IMG/VR virus record: IMGVR_UViG_2706796244_000001
Span: 1-64,000 of that record
Source: a virus
Taxonomy: Duplodnaviria > Caudoviricetes
Strand: one strand, 5' to 3'
DNA length: 64,000 nt
Of the stretch, positions 8,479-17,991 are shown piece by piece. A program made the position numbers and the translations under genes. Within the stretch, counting starts at the first letter, position 1; the number at the start of each line of letters is the position of its first letter. Below the pieces are notes generated by a model. The model made no database searches. It had not been told where the DNA came from and saw only the letters and a program-made list of their open reading frames with translations.

Positions 8479-8501
8479 GGGCTCCGAAAGGAGCCCTTTC
8501 T
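8479..8501 (+). terminator. Intrinsic terminator (GAAA loop)
   Basis: GGGCTCC-GAAA-GGAGCCC-TTTCT. Confidence 0.75.
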
Positions 8502-8517
8502 ATATCTGGAGAGAGAT

Positions 8518-9336
8518 ATGACTATTCAACAAGCCGTAGAGCAACAAATCGAATTGGAAAAGCAATTCAGCAAGAATCAATTGCTGCCACGTATGCGTCA
8601 CTACTTCCTCGTGGAAGCTGAGACGGATTACCCCACCTATATCAAGGAGCACATGGACCTGGACTTCGGTATCGACTTCCTGGTGCAAATGGCTCTGCAT
8701 AAGCGGTGCGATCTTCAGACCATGTATGGCCTGATGCGCCACCACTTCAAGGATGATCCTCAAGCCTGCGTCAATGGCCTGCTGCTTGCAGTGGAAAAGG
8801 ATCTGGCCGACTATGACCTGGATATCAACACGTTCATCGTCAAGTTTGAACTGCCACCTGAATTGCAGGCTGAGCTGGACCTGTTCCAGTATCCGCTGCC
8901 CATGGTGGTCAAGCCAGCCGAAGTGGTCACTAACCGGGACACCGGCTACCTGACTAACAAGGGCTCCATCATCCTGAAGAAGAACCACCACGACAACGAT
9001 GTGTGCCTCGACCATATCAACAGGATGAACAGCATCAAGCTGGCCCTGAATATGGACGTGGTGAAGTTCGTCAGCAACAGCTGGAAGAACCTGGATCGTC
9101 CCAAGCCAGGCGAGCTTGGGGAGGACTTCCAGAAACGCCGCAAGGCATTCGCCAAATACGACAAAACGGCGAAACAGGTGGCTGACATTCTCAATGAGAA
9201 TTCGGACCACTTCTACCTCACCCACAAGTACGACAAGCGGGGTCGAACCTACTGCCAGGGCTACCACATCACCTATCAAGGTAATGACTGGAATAAAGCA
9301 GCAGTGGAGTTCTACGACCGCGAGTACGTCATTTAA
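8518..9336 (+). CDS. Phage RNA polymerase II small subunit (N4 gp15-like, RNAP1)
   Basis: FYLTHKYDKRGRTYCQGYHITYQG matches the T7-like RNAP DxRGRxY motif; adjacent to the second subunit. Confidence 0.92.
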   Translation: MTIQQAVEQQIELEKQFSKNQLLPRMRHYFLVEAETDYPTYIKEHMDLDFGIDFLVQMALHKRCDLQTMYGLMRHHFKDDPQACVNGLLLAVEKDLADYDLDINTFIVKFELPPELQAELDLFQYPLPMVVKPAEVVTNRDTGYLTNKGSIILKKNHHDNDVCLDHINRMNSIKLALNMDVVKFVSNSWKNLDRPKPGELGEDFQKRRKAFAKYDKTAKQVADILNENSDHFYLTHKYDKRGRTYCQGYHITYQGNDWNKAAVEFYDREYVI

Positions 9337-9360
9337 TAACTGAACCAAGAGAGAAGAGAT

Positions 9361-10659
9361 ATGTTCCTGCAACCCACAATTACTGAATTCACCGGCGCTC
9401 AATACCTGGCCATTGATATTGCCAACCATTTCGGTCGGGACAGCAAGGGCAATGAACTGGACAAGACCACCTGGGCATACCGCCTGGATTGGTTCGAGTC
9501 CAACAAGCACCAGCTGGAGGCCATCGCCAACAAGTCGGAGAACGTGGCCTCGTACAGCGCCAGCGTCATGGCCTACCGCGCCATGGAGCGGGGCGAGCCG
9601 ATTGGCCGACCCATCAGCCTGGATGCCACGGCATCGGGCCTGCAGCTGCTGAGCGTGCTGACCGGCGACCGCAAGGGCGCCACCATCTGCAACGTGCTCA
9701 ACGCCTACATCGACAAGCAGGTCGGCGATATCAAGGCCATGGCCGACGATGTGGTCAGCCGCATGGACTCGTACACGGCAGTGCACGAAGAGATGGTTGA
9801 CCAGCTGGCTGCTGCCCTGGCAGACGTGACTCGCGTTACGCGCAAGGATGCCAAGCGTGCGGTGATGACTTCCTTGTACGGCTCCGAGGCCGTGCCCAAG
9901 GAAGTCTTCGGCGAAGGCCTAGCACTCCAGGTCTTCTACCGGGTCATGCAGACCGTGGCGCCGGCAGCATGGGAGCTGAACGAGTCGTTTCTGTCCATGT
10001 GGGATACCGAAGCCACCGAGTACGAATGGATCCTGCCCGACAACTTCCATGTACGCACGAAGGTCATGACCACCGTGACGAACGTGGTCCAGTGGTTCGG
10101 TGCTCCTGTGGAAGTGACACACCAGATCAACGCTCCCAAGGAGAAGGGCCGTTCGCTCGGCGCCAACTGCATCCACTCCGTGGATGGTTTTGTGGTGCGT
10201 GAAATGGTGCGTCGTTGCAGCTACAGCAAGAAGCGTGTCAACGAGGTGCTGCTGGCCCTGGATCGTGCCCGGGAGGAATGGGAAGTAGACGATGAGGATG
10301 CCCGCATGGTGCAGATCCTCATGCAGCGCTACCGCGAGAGCGGCTTCTTGTCGGCTCGAATCCTGGACCACATCACCGTGGACAACGCCATGCTGGTGGA
10401 CAAGCAGGCAGTGCGCGATCTGATCGATGAACTGCCGAGCAAGCCCTTCAAGGTGCTGACGATCCACGACTGCTTCCAGTGCCTGCCCCACTACGGGAAT
10501 GACCTGCGCAAGCAGTACAACCTGATCCTGGCCCACATTGGCGCCAGCGATACGCTGAGCTTCCTGCTCAGCCAGATTCTGAAGACAGAGTTCAAGGTGC
10601 CCCAGCTGGATCCCCAGATGTGGTATGAGATCCTGGAGTCGGAGTACGCACTTAGCTAA
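9361..10659 (+). CDS. Phage RNA polymerase II large subunit (N4 gp16-like, RNAP2)
   Basis: Motif A LDATASGLQ, motif B RKDAKRAVMTSLYGS, motif C TIHDCF. Confidence 0.95.
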   Translation: MFLQPTITEFTGAQYLAIDIANHFGRDSKGNELDKTTWAYRLDWFESNKHQLEAIANKSENVASYSASVMAYRAMERGEPIGRPISLDATASGLQLLSVLTGDRKGATICNVLNAYIDKQVGDIKAMADDVVSRMDSYTAVHEEMVDQLAAALADVTRVTRKDAKRAVMTSLYGSEAVPKEVFGEGLALQVFYRVMQTVAPAAWELNESFLSMWDTEATEYEWILPDNFHVRTKVMTTVTNVVQWFGAPVEVTHQINAPKEKGRSLGANCIHSVDGFVVREMVRRCSYSKKRVNEVLLALDRAREEWEVDDEDARMVQILMQRYRESGFLSARILDHITVDNAMLVDKQAVRDLIDELPSKPFKVLTIHDCFQCLPHYGNDLRKQYNLILAHIGASDTLSFLLSQILKTEFKVPQLDPQMWYEILESEYALS

Positions 10660-10662
10660 AAT

Positions 10663-10699
10663 GGCCAAACCTCGCAAGAGGTTTGGCCTTTATTTTTTA
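10663..10699 (+). terminator. Intrinsic terminator (GCAA loop)
   Basis: GGCCAAACCTC-GCAA-GAGGTTTGGCC-TTTATTTTTT. Confidence 0.9.
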
Positions 10700-10716
10700 T
10701 CAGATAGGAACCCTCC

Positions 10717-11262
10717 ATGGCTGCTACTCACAAGATCACCTACAACCCCCTGACCCGTGAGGCTCAGGTACTGCCACTGGCAACTGCCAATCCGGCAGGC
10801 TTCACCAAGATTGGTGAATTCGACAGCGAGACGCTGAAGCAGTACCCCGTCTGCCTGCACGTCCGCGATGCCCTGTACTTTGTGAAGCACAGCACGAATC
10901 CTCCGACTGCCGGCTTCTGGCCCGAGAACGAGACGGACATGGCACGCATCACCATCACGATGCCCACGGCACCTGCCGTGATTCCCGTCGATTTCATCTC
11001 GCCCAATGAAGCGACCGTGACGGTCAATGTGGGCGCCACGCACCAGAACGCGATCTTCTACAACCCCGAAAACGCAACCGTGAAGACCCTCACGGTCTCT
11101 TCGTCTGCCCCGGGCGTAGCCACGGCGGTCTTTGACGGTCCTCTTGGCGGCGGCAGCCAAGCAACCGGCGTGACGGTCACGGGTGTGGCAGCAGGTGAAG
11201 CCACTATCACCCTCACCACCAATAACGGCAAGACTGCCACCTTCACGGTTACGGTTTCCTAA
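10717..11262 (+). CDS. Ig-like (Big_2) capsid decoration protein (N4 gp17-like)
   Basis: C-terminal PENATVKTLTVSSSAPGVAT...VTGVAAGEATITLTTNNGKTATFTVTV; syntenic after RNAP2. Confidence 0.8.
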   Translation: MAATHKITYNPLTREAQVLPLATANPAGFTKIGEFDSETLKQYPVCLHVRDALYFVKHSTNPPTAGFWPENETDMARITITMPTAPAVIPVDFISPNEATVTVNVGATHQNAIFYNPENATVKTLTVSSSAPGVATAVFDGPLGGGSQATGVTVTGVAAGEATITLTTNNGKTATFTVTVS

Positions 11263-11328
11263 GTCAAGCCGCACCCTTGAGTGCTTTTTTGGTTGGGTTC
11301 GCCTAGCTGAACTATCTCTCTTCTTGCA

Positions 11329-11361
11329 GCCCCCTCGCCGAAAGGCTTGGGGGCATTTTTT
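11329..11361 (+). terminator. Intrinsic terminator (GAAA loop)
   Basis: GCCCCC-TC-GCC-GAAA-GGC-TT-GGGGGC-ATTTTTT. Confidence 0.75.
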
Positions 11362-11394
11362 ATGGACCAACAACCCATCTTCAAGGAGATCCTC

Positions 11395-11835
11395 ATGAGC
11401 AAACCCCGCAAGGGCATCAACCTCTTCAAGGAGGCCCTGCAACACATGCCGCCCTGCCGATCCAAGGAACGCCACTGGCTGACCAAAGGCATGGATGGCA
11501 TCTACGCACTGAGCATGGAAGGCGCACTGCAACGTGCTGCCCATCGCATCGACAACCATCCGGTGCGCTCCGCAGCATTGGCCCGCAAGTTCCGACTGCA
11601 CATCCAGCGCTGCCTGAACGGCGGCCGGACATATCGCCAATGCGGCCAGCAGATCCGCTACGTCTCGCTGAGCCAGTGGCTGACCGACTGCCACAAGCCC
11701 TTCCGTGATTGGGAAAAGCGGCAGGACTGCCACCGCGATGTGATGTACGCAATCCGCAACCACTCCTTCGATTGGATGTGCCACCTGGCCGACCAATGGG
11801 AGCGCCGGGAGATCATGTATGGCGGCCGCAAGTAA
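11395..11835 (+). CDS. Hypothetical basic protein (146 aa)
   Basis: SD AAGGAG before ATG 11395. Confidence 0.75.
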   Translation: MSKPRKGINLFKEALQHMPPCRSKERHWLTKGMDGIYALSMEGALQRAAHRIDNHPVRSAALARKFRLHIQRCLNGGRTYRQCGQQIRYVSLSQWLTDCHKPFRDWEKRQDCHRDVMYAIRNHSFDWMCHLADQWERREIMYGGRK

Positions 11836-12286
11836 CCCCTTCACCAAGGCCCGCCAGCACCTGGTGACGCTGGAGGAATCGGACCACCTGCGTTCGCTGA
11901 AGTCCCGTTCCCGTGAATGGGCCGAGGCATCTCGCCAATTGGGCTCCATCAAGAGCCTGGAGATCACTGGGGCACTGCACCGTGCACGCATGTGCGCAGG
12001 CATCGGGGAAGACCTGCTGATGCTCCGTATGGCTCAGCAGTACGTCTACAACCTCCAGGGCAACTACTTCATCTCGGCATTTCTCATCCGGGCTGGAGTG
12101 CCCCGCAAGCAGATGCTGGACCGCGGCGCCGTCCAGGTCTACCTGCACCGCTGGCTCACCCACCTGGAAGGCCAGTACCGCAGCGGGCAACTCCCTTTTG
12201 GCCGCCAGCGTCCTTCCCCCGTGGTTCGTGCCCGGCCTGTTCCTGTTCCTGTTCCTGTTCGTCTTCAACAAGGAGCTCAGCAATGA
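11819..12286 (+). CDS. Hypothetical protein with a PV-repeat tail (155 aa)
   Basis: Overlaps neighbours; C-terminal PVPVPVPV. Confidence 0.7.
   Translation: MAAASNPFTKARQHLVTLEESDHLRSLKSRSREWAEASRQLGSIKSLEITGALHRARMCAGIGEDLLMLRMAQQYVYNLQGNYFISAFLIRAGVPRKQMLDRGAVQVYLHRWLTHLEGQYRSGQLPFGRQRPSPVVRARPVPVPVPVRLQQGAQQ
12236..12259 (+). repeat. Tandem hexamer (CCTGTT)x4
   Basis: Read directly; encodes Pro-Val repeats in frame. Confidence 0.9.
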
Positions 12287-12651
12287 ATTTCCGTCCCCTC
12301 CCCAAGTACAGCAGCCAGGCGATGCTGCGTGCTGCGTGCATAGATATGCAGGCGGCGAACCAACGCACCTACAACCTGGCTGTCTACTACCGCGACCGGT
12401 TCCTTGAGCGCTCCCAACGCCCCAAGGACTGGGATGCCATCACCGGCTCCACCAAGCAGGCGGCCATCACCAGCCAAGGCATCCTCCGTGAGCGATCAGC
12501 CCAAGAGCGCTACATGCGTGGCCTGGATGAAGGCCTGGTGCTTGATGACCCGGGCCCGGCCTGCTCCGTCTGCGGTGGCCACAGCAACGTCGTGCACATG
12601 GGCGGCTCGATCCCCTATCTGTGCGACAACCCCGAGTGCATCCCTTTCTGA
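12283..12651 (+). CDS. Hypothetical protein with a C-terminal Zn finger (122 aa)
   Basis: SD AAGGAG; CSVC...CDNPEC. Confidence 0.7.
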   Translation: MNFRPLPKYSSQAMLRAACIDMQAANQRTYNLAVYYRDRFLERSQRPKDWDAITGSTKQAAITSQGILRERSAQERYMRGLDEGLVLDDPGPACSVCGGHSNVVHMGGSIPYLCDNPECIPF

Positions 12652-12667
12652 ACCAAGGAGAAAACCT

Positions 12668-12916
12668 ATGGCATTTGCCATCATGAACATCGTCCTCGCG
12701 CCGATGAAAGACTTCCCGAAGGACAGCGCTCCCCGGGACTACTACGTCCTGCGGGATATCGACGGCGAGTACGACGTGGTGCTTGCGTACCGCGACTACC
12801 AAGGCCGCTGGCGTTCCTATGACGACTGCGAGAACATTCCAGGTGAAGTCCTGGCCTGGGCCAACGTGCCGTCGCAGGAAGAGCTCAAGGAAATGCTTGC
12901 AAAGGTGCAATCCTGA
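12668..12916 (+). CDS. Hypothetical protein (82 aa)
   Basis: SD AAGGAG before ATG 12668. Confidence 0.7.
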   Translation: MAFAIMNIVLAPMKDFPKDSAPRDYYVLRDIDGEYDVVLAYRDYQGRWRSYDDCENIPGEVLAWANVPSQEELKEMLAKVQS

Positions 12917-13158
12917 TGGCCCGTGCATACGCAGTCTTCATTGCCATCCTCGTCCTGATCGTCGTGCTGTTCCAGCTGGCGATCAACGAGGTCCAGGCCA
13001 AGAAGCAATCACCTGTCATCAACCGCGTAGAACCCCGAAACCATGGCATGGAGTCCATGTGTTTCGAGGGTGTCTACGTGTTCATCAACAACCATGGCCA
13101 CATGTTCCAGCCCGTAGGCCACAAGGGCAGTGGCATCTTCTGTGAGGACCGCCCTTGA
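12916..13158 (+). CDS. Membrane-anchored protein (80 aa)
   Basis: N-terminal AYAVFIAILVLIVVLFQLAI; TGATG coupling. Confidence 0.7.
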   Translation: MARAYAVFIAILVLIVVLFQLAINEVQAKKQSPVINRVEPRNHGMESMCFEGVYVFINNHGHMFQPVGHKGSGIFCEDRP

Positions 13159-13175
13159 ACATCCGCCCCCGTCCC

Positions 13176-13307
13176 ATGAAACCCCATCTGGCGTGGGATG
13201 CCAGCCTGAAGTGCTGGCTCGTCCGCCCGAGTTCTTGTTTGGTTGGGCACTACGCAAAAGCGCTCGACTTGACCCTCACCATCAACGCTCTCAATAGGAA
13301 GCACTGA
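13176..13307 (+). CDS. 43-aa hypothetical protein (possible TTG start at 13155)
   Basis: Open frame exactly fills the 13159-13308 gap. Confidence 0.45.
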   Translation: MKPHLAWDASLKCWLVRPSSCLVGHYAKALDLTLTINALNRKH

Positions 13308-13308
13308 A

Positions 13309-13656
13309 ATGAAAAACACCCGTATCGCCGGCATCATGTCCCTGGCCGCTGGCCTTGCAGCATCCGCTGGCGCAGGCATTGCCAACTTCTTCACCGGCTC
13401 GGGCCCGACAGCCTCGCTGGTCAAGCCCGTGAAGACCGGCTCCGGTTCTCGTGCTGCCCGTTCGGCCCGCTTCCAGGCCAGCCCCGGCATCTTCAGCAGT
13501 GAATCTGCCCGTGGCATGCCCGTGGCGCCGTTCTACCAGCGTCCGCACTACGACACGCCGGCTGATCGTGCCCGCATCCAGGCGGCGCAGGACAAGCGTG
13601 ACCGCAAGGCCGCCAAGCGCCGTGCCATCCTGAACAAGCAGGGCATCCTGGCATGA
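13309..13656 (+). CDS. Basic protein with a signal-like N-terminus (115 aa)
   Basis: MKNTRIAGIMSLAAGLAASAG; R/K-rich C-terminus. Confidence 0.7.
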   Translation: MKNTRIAGIMSLAAGLAASAGAGIANFFTGSGPTASLVKPVKTGSGSRAARSARFQASPGIFSSESARGMPVAPFYQRPHYDTPADRARIQAAQDKRDRKAAKRRAILNKQGILA

Positions 13657-14381
13657 AGATCGTCGCACTCATCGGTGATCGTGGCACCGGCAAATCCCGA
13701 GCCCTGTACCACATCGCTTCTGCCACAGGTGCCTGCATCCTGACCAACAGCGATAGCGATTCAGCCAAGCTGAATGCGCTGCGCCAGCATGCTGCCTCGG
13801 GCCGTCCCATCGGCTACGTGGCAGTGCTGGACGAGGCCAGCAGTCCCTCCATCCAGTTCCTCCAGAACCTGGACGGCTACGACGAGTACACCGTCTACGT
13901 GGTGCCTGCTACCACCGCTGCCCACGACCTGCTGGGCATCGAGACCGAGGCCATGCGTGAAGAGCAGGACTCGCTGGTGCCGGCCAAGGGTGAGCCTGCC
14001 AAACCCGAGTACGTGACCGGCTACGCCGCCATGCTCATACAGCCCATCAGCTGCGATGAAGTGGCCCTGGCAAATTCCCAGCTGGAAACGGCCTACGGCA
14101 TTGACGACAGCTGGGACTTCCGTTTCAGCGTGTCGGACGATGGCTGCCTGCTCTTCGCCAAGCACACCTACAACAGCGCCAGCAACGAGATCTTCTCGGT
14201 GCTGCCTGGCGTGGAAATCCCCCGTGTGCTCACCGCCATCCAGGCCGTGACGGAATACGTCGGCGGCCACGACTTCAACGTCGTGCCGTCCAGCGTGCAG
14301 CCCATCGCCTCCACCCGTGAAAAGGTCGGCCACGTCTCGCTGGCCAACTTCTACAAGCTCTCGAAGGGCATGGACATCTGA
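13653..14381 (+). CDS. Protein with an N-terminal P-loop-like motif (242 aa)
   Basis: IVALIGDRGTGKS (Walker A-like) and VAVLDE (Walker B-like). Confidence 0.6.
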   Translation: MKIVALIGDRGTGKSRALYHIASATGACILTNSDSDSAKLNALRQHAASGRPIGYVAVLDEASSPSIQFLQNLDGYDEYTVYVVPATTAAHDLLGIETEAMREEQDSLVPAKGEPAKPEYVTGYAAMLIQPISCDEVALANSQLETAYGIDDSWDFRFSVSDDGCLLFAKHTYNSASNEIFSVLPGVEIPRVLTAIQAVTEYVGGHDFNVVPSSVQPIASTREKVGHVSLANFYKLSKGMDI

Positions 14382-14383
14382 CC

Positions 14384-15013
14384 ATGACGCATCTCCACAA
14401 CCTACACAAGCGTGGGGATGCCTTCGGGCAATCCCACGCACAACTGCTGGACTATGTGCTCCAGTTCTCCACGGCCCGTCTGCTGCCCAACGGCGCACGG
14501 TTCGCATCATCGCCCTTCCAGGACTGCTCTTTGAGCGATCTGCGCAAGGGCGATCTTGTGCTCACCATGTGCCATTCGGTGCACGACTTCCGCCTCTCCT
14601 GGTTCCTGGGAGAGACCCGTGAAAACGGGCAGGAGATCCTGCTGAAGTCCACCCGCACCGGCGAAGAAGTCTGGTGGTCCAGCATCAGCGTGGCCCGCTT
14701 CAGCAAGCCCGAAGAGATCATGGACCGCTGGCGCTGGACCAACGAGCAGCACGAATTCAACAAGCGTTGGGTGAAGGCCTGCAAAAGCGTTGACAGCTTC
14801 ATGCGTCCCCACGATCCCAAGTTCGACAAGGACACCGGCCTGGTGTACCTGGGCGTCAGCTACCGCTTCGGCATGGGCCCTGAAGGCGGCTTCTTTGACG
14901 AACTGCCTCGCGAAGGCCTGGACTGGAAAGCCCTGGTCAAGCAGGTGAAGGCCTTCAAGGCCAAATACGAAGCCTGGTGCGAACAGCGCAAGGCACACAT
15001 CACGAACCAGTAA
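14384..15013 (+). CDS. Hypothetical protein (209 aa)
   Basis: Long ORF with coding-like codon bias. Confidence 0.75.
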   Translation: MTHLHNLHKRGDAFGQSHAQLLDYVLQFSTARLLPNGARFASSPFQDCSLSDLRKGDLVLTMCHSVHDFRLSWFLGETRENGQEILLKSTRTGEEVWWSSISVARFSKPEEIMDRWRWTNEQHEFNKRWVKACKSVDSFMRPHDPKFDKDTGLVYLGVSYRFGMGPEGGFFDELPREGLDWKALVKQVKAFKAKYEAWCEQRKAHITNQ

Positions 15014-15023
15014 GGAAAAACCA

Positions 15024-16103
15024 GTGTCCAAGAATCCCACCGCCAATGCGTATGCGGTCACACCCCGAACGGCCATCCAACAGATCCAGCTTGTGCTGGC
15101 AGGTGGCCGTGTCCCCTATCTCCGTGGCTCGCCGGGTATCGGCAAGAGCGCAATCGTTCGCAAGATTGCGGCCATGGCCAACCTCCTGATCATCGACCAC
15201 CGCCTGTCCACCAGTGCGCCCGAAGATCTCTCCGGCCTGCCCCGCTTCGATGCGGACGGCAAGGCTCGCTTCAGCCCGTTCGCTGACCTGTTCCCGCTGG
15301 AAGGTCAGGCGCTGCCCGTCAACCCGGCGACAGGCCGGCAATACAGCGGCTGGCTGCTCTTCCTGGACGAGTTCAACTCGGCTTCCAAGGATGTGCAGGC
15401 GGCAGCGTACAAGCTGATCCTGGACCGCATGGTCGGCCAGCACCGCATCCACCCGGACTGCTACATGGTGGCAGCCGGCAACAAGGACACCGACCGTGCC
15501 ATCACCAACCCGATGAGCACGGCCATGCAGTCCCGGGTGGTCCACCTGTTCCTGGAGTTCAACTTCAAGGAATGGATGGAAGACGTGGTGGTCAGCCAGA
15601 AGTGGCACCCCACGGTGCGTGCATTCCTGGAGCAGGCCGGCACTGCTGCCGCCTACGACTTCAACCCATCGAACCAGGAAGCCACGTACTGCTGCCCCCG
15701 AACCTGGGAGTTCATGAGCGACTTCATGTACCAGATCGAAGACCTGGCTTCGGCCAAGGAATTCACGCCCACGTTCGCAGGCACCATCAGCGCCAACATC
15801 GCCGTGCAGTTCGTCACGTTCACAGGCAACTTCCTGAACTTGCCGTCGTTCTCCGAGATCCTGAAGGATCCGAAGAATGCACCGATCCCGTCGTCGGCTG
15901 GTGAGCAGTACGCCATCATTTCCATGGCCTCCATCAGGGCCAACAAGGATGAGTTCGACGCACTCATGGAATACGCCATGCGGTTCCAAGTCACCTTCCA
16001 ACTGATGTTCTTCCGTTCGAGTCGCCTGACGTACCCGGACGCCCGCCGCCACAAGTCCTTCATGGATGCGGCTGTCAAACTGGACCAGTACCTCCATGAC
16101 TGA
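15024..16103 (+). CDS. MoxR/dynein-related AAA+ ATPase (N4 gp24-like)
   Basis: Walker A GSPGIGKS, Walker B LLFLDEFN, AAGN and MQSR (Arg finger), PRTW. Confidence 0.88.
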   Translation: MSKNPTANAYAVTPRTAIQQIQLVLAGGRVPYLRGSPGIGKSAIVRKIAAMANLLIIDHRLSTSAPEDLSGLPRFDADGKARFSPFADLFPLEGQALPVNPATGRQYSGWLLFLDEFNSASKDVQAAAYKLILDRMVGQHRIHPDCYMVAAGNKDTDRAITNPMSTAMQSRVVHLFLEFNFKEWMEDVVVSQKWHPTVRAFLEQAGTAAAYDFNPSNQEATYCCPRTWEFMSDFMYQIEDLASAKEFTPTFAGTISANIAVQFVTFTGNFLNLPSFSEILKDPKNAPIPSSAGEQYAIISMASIRANKDEFDALMEYAMRFQVTFQLMFFRSSRLTYPDARRHKSFMDAAVKLDQYLHD

Positions 16104-16479
16104 AGCACGAGCAATCACCCATCTCATCCGCATCACGGATGACTGGCAGGAAACCTCTGTTGGCGCCAGCCTGCGCATGAGCGTGGAACGCTTCCGCATC
16201 CTGCGCCGCACTCCAAAGGGATGCTGGATCGAAGCCAATGGCCGCAAGGCTGAACGCTTTGTGCTGGACGGCAACGGTAAGCGCTTCGCCTACCCCACGC
16301 TGGAGTTGGCCATGGACAGCTACCGCATCCGCAAGCGCCGCCAGATCCAGTATCTGGCTGCCCAGCTGGAGCGTGCCGAAGGCTACGGCAAGATGGCCGA
16401 GGCCACCAAGCAGGGCATGAAGATCGTGCCCGGCGTCTTCGGCCTCGAATGGGTCGAACCAGTGGAGAAGGAGCAGTGA
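16096..16479 (+). CDS. Hypothetical protein (127 aa)
   Basis: Overlaps the ATPase stop; GTGA overlap downstream. Confidence 0.7.
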   Translation: MTEARAITHLIRITDDWQETSVGASLRMSVERFRILRRTPKGCWIEANGRKAERFVLDGNGKRFAYPTLELAMDSYRIRKRRQIQYLAAQLERAEGYGKMAEATKQGMKIVPGVFGLEWVEPVEKEQ

Positions 16480-16754
16480 GTACCAATCCCTATGCCCAGT
16501 ACACCGGCAGCGGGGATTGCGATGGCAGCGTGCAGCATAACGCTGTGCCTGCCAGCAAGGTGCCCGCATTCGTCACCCTGCTGAACGGCCTGGCCTTGCG
16601 GTTGGGCTCGGTCAACAAGGCCTGCAACGTGATCAAGGTGCCCATCACCCGGTGGAACCAGATCGCCGCAGGTGATCTCCCGCTGACGGACCTGATTGCC
16701 CGGCGCATCCTGGCGGCGCACAAGGCCCACAAGCACCTGAAGCCCAAGCGGTAA
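16476..16754 (+). CDS. Small basic protein, possibly HTH (92 aa)
   Basis: SD AAGGAG, GTG start; SVNKACNVIKVPITRWNQI resembles an HTH. Confidence 0.55.
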   Translation: MSTNPYAQYTGSGDCDGSVQHNAVPASKVPAFVTLLNGLALRLGSVNKACNVIKVPITRWNQIAAGDLPLTDLIARRILAAHKAHKHLKPKR

Positions 16755-16764
16755 GGAGAACCCC

Positions 16765-17982
16765 ATGGACACGAAACCACCTGTCGAGCCGGCAGTCATT
16801 GCCGACCTGAGCACGTTGGATCCGAACATGCTCCAGCGCTCGCTGGACATTGCAAAGACCGCGGCTTTCCTGGGGAAGACTGGCGCCTTCCTGGGCACGA
16901 TCCTATGCGCTACGCCATGGATCTGGTCCAAGGAACTGGACACCGCAGGCACTGATGCCTACAGCATCGTCTGCGATCCCCACTGGTGGCTGAAGCTGCC
17001 CAAGGCCACCCAGGCATTCATCCTGCTGCATGAGATCTGGCACATCGCTGCGCTGCACAGGCTGCGCAGAGGCCACCGACACCACCGGGTCTGGAACATC
17101 GCCTGCGATATCTGGATCAACAACCGGCTGCGCAAGGACGGGTACACCAACGTCGGCTTCGACGGATGGTTCCGTGCCGGCCTGCCGGACGAGATGACCG
17201 AAGAGGAAATCTACGATCTCCTGATGGAGGAAGCCGGCCACGACCCGGACCACAACTTCAAGGATTCGCCTTGGGGTCTGGTCAACGTGCCCAACAAAGG
17301 CCCGACCGATGTGGGTGATCTGATCCCTCCTGTCGAGGAAGAGGAAGACGATGCGGGGATCATCCACCGAGTCGTCAGCGGCATCGTTGCCCAGCAGACC
17401 ATGAGCTCGGCAGCCAACCTGCCCCCGGCCATCGAGAAGCTGGTGAACACCTGGTTGAAGCCTGTGGTGCCGTGGGAAAGCGCACTCCAGCGCTGGCTCA
17501 CTGAATTGCAGGAGAGCGGCCACACCTGGCGCCGGCCCAACCGTCGGTACTCCGACATGTACCTTCCGTCCCGCACGGAAGAGGATGGCAAGCTGCGGAA
17601 TATCCGCGCCTACATCGACGTGTCGGGTTCGATTGACGCCGCTCAGGCCACCCGCTTCTTCAGCGAGATGCGCTTCGTGAAGGACTGGTTCAAACCGGAC
17701 ACCCTCACGCTGGTGCAGTTCGATGACAACATCCGCTGCGAGGACGTGATCGGCCCCGACCAGACCATCGAGAAGATCGAACTGGTAGGCCGGGGTGGCA
17801 CCGACCTCGAACCAGTTAGGAAGGATATCGAAGAGCACCGCCCGAGCGCCGTCATCATCTTCACCGATGGTGGCTGCAATCTCATGGCAGAGCTTTCCTG
17901 GGATTGCCCGCTGATCTGGATCATCATCCGGGGCCCACACCACCAGCCGATCCAGGGCAAAACCTTCCACATCATGAACTAG
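16765..17982 (+). CDS. Zincin-like metallopeptidase plus vWA domain protein (N4 gp25-like)
   Basis: HEIWH (HExxH), MIDAS IDVSGS, GRGGT, IFTDG. Confidence 0.88.
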   Translation: MDTKPPVEPAVIADLSTLDPNMLQRSLDIAKTAAFLGKTGAFLGTILCATPWIWSKELDTAGTDAYSIVCDPHWWLKLPKATQAFILLHEIWHIAALHRLRRGHRHHRVWNIACDIWINNRLRKDGYTNVGFDGWFRAGLPDEMTEEEIYDLLMEEAGHDPDHNFKDSPWGLVNVPNKGPTDVGDLIPPVEEEEDDAGIIHRVVSGIVAQQTMSSAANLPPAIEKLVNTWLKPVVPWESALQRWLTELQESGHTWRRPNRRYSDMYLPSRTEEDGKLRNIRAYIDVSGSIDAAQATRFFSEMRFVKDWFKPDTLTLVQFDDNIRCEDVIGPDQTIEKIELVGRGGTDLEPVRKDIEEHRPSAVIIFTDGGCNLMAELSWDCPLIWIIIRGPHHQPIQGKTFHIMN

Positions 17983-17991
17983 GAGAGCTCA

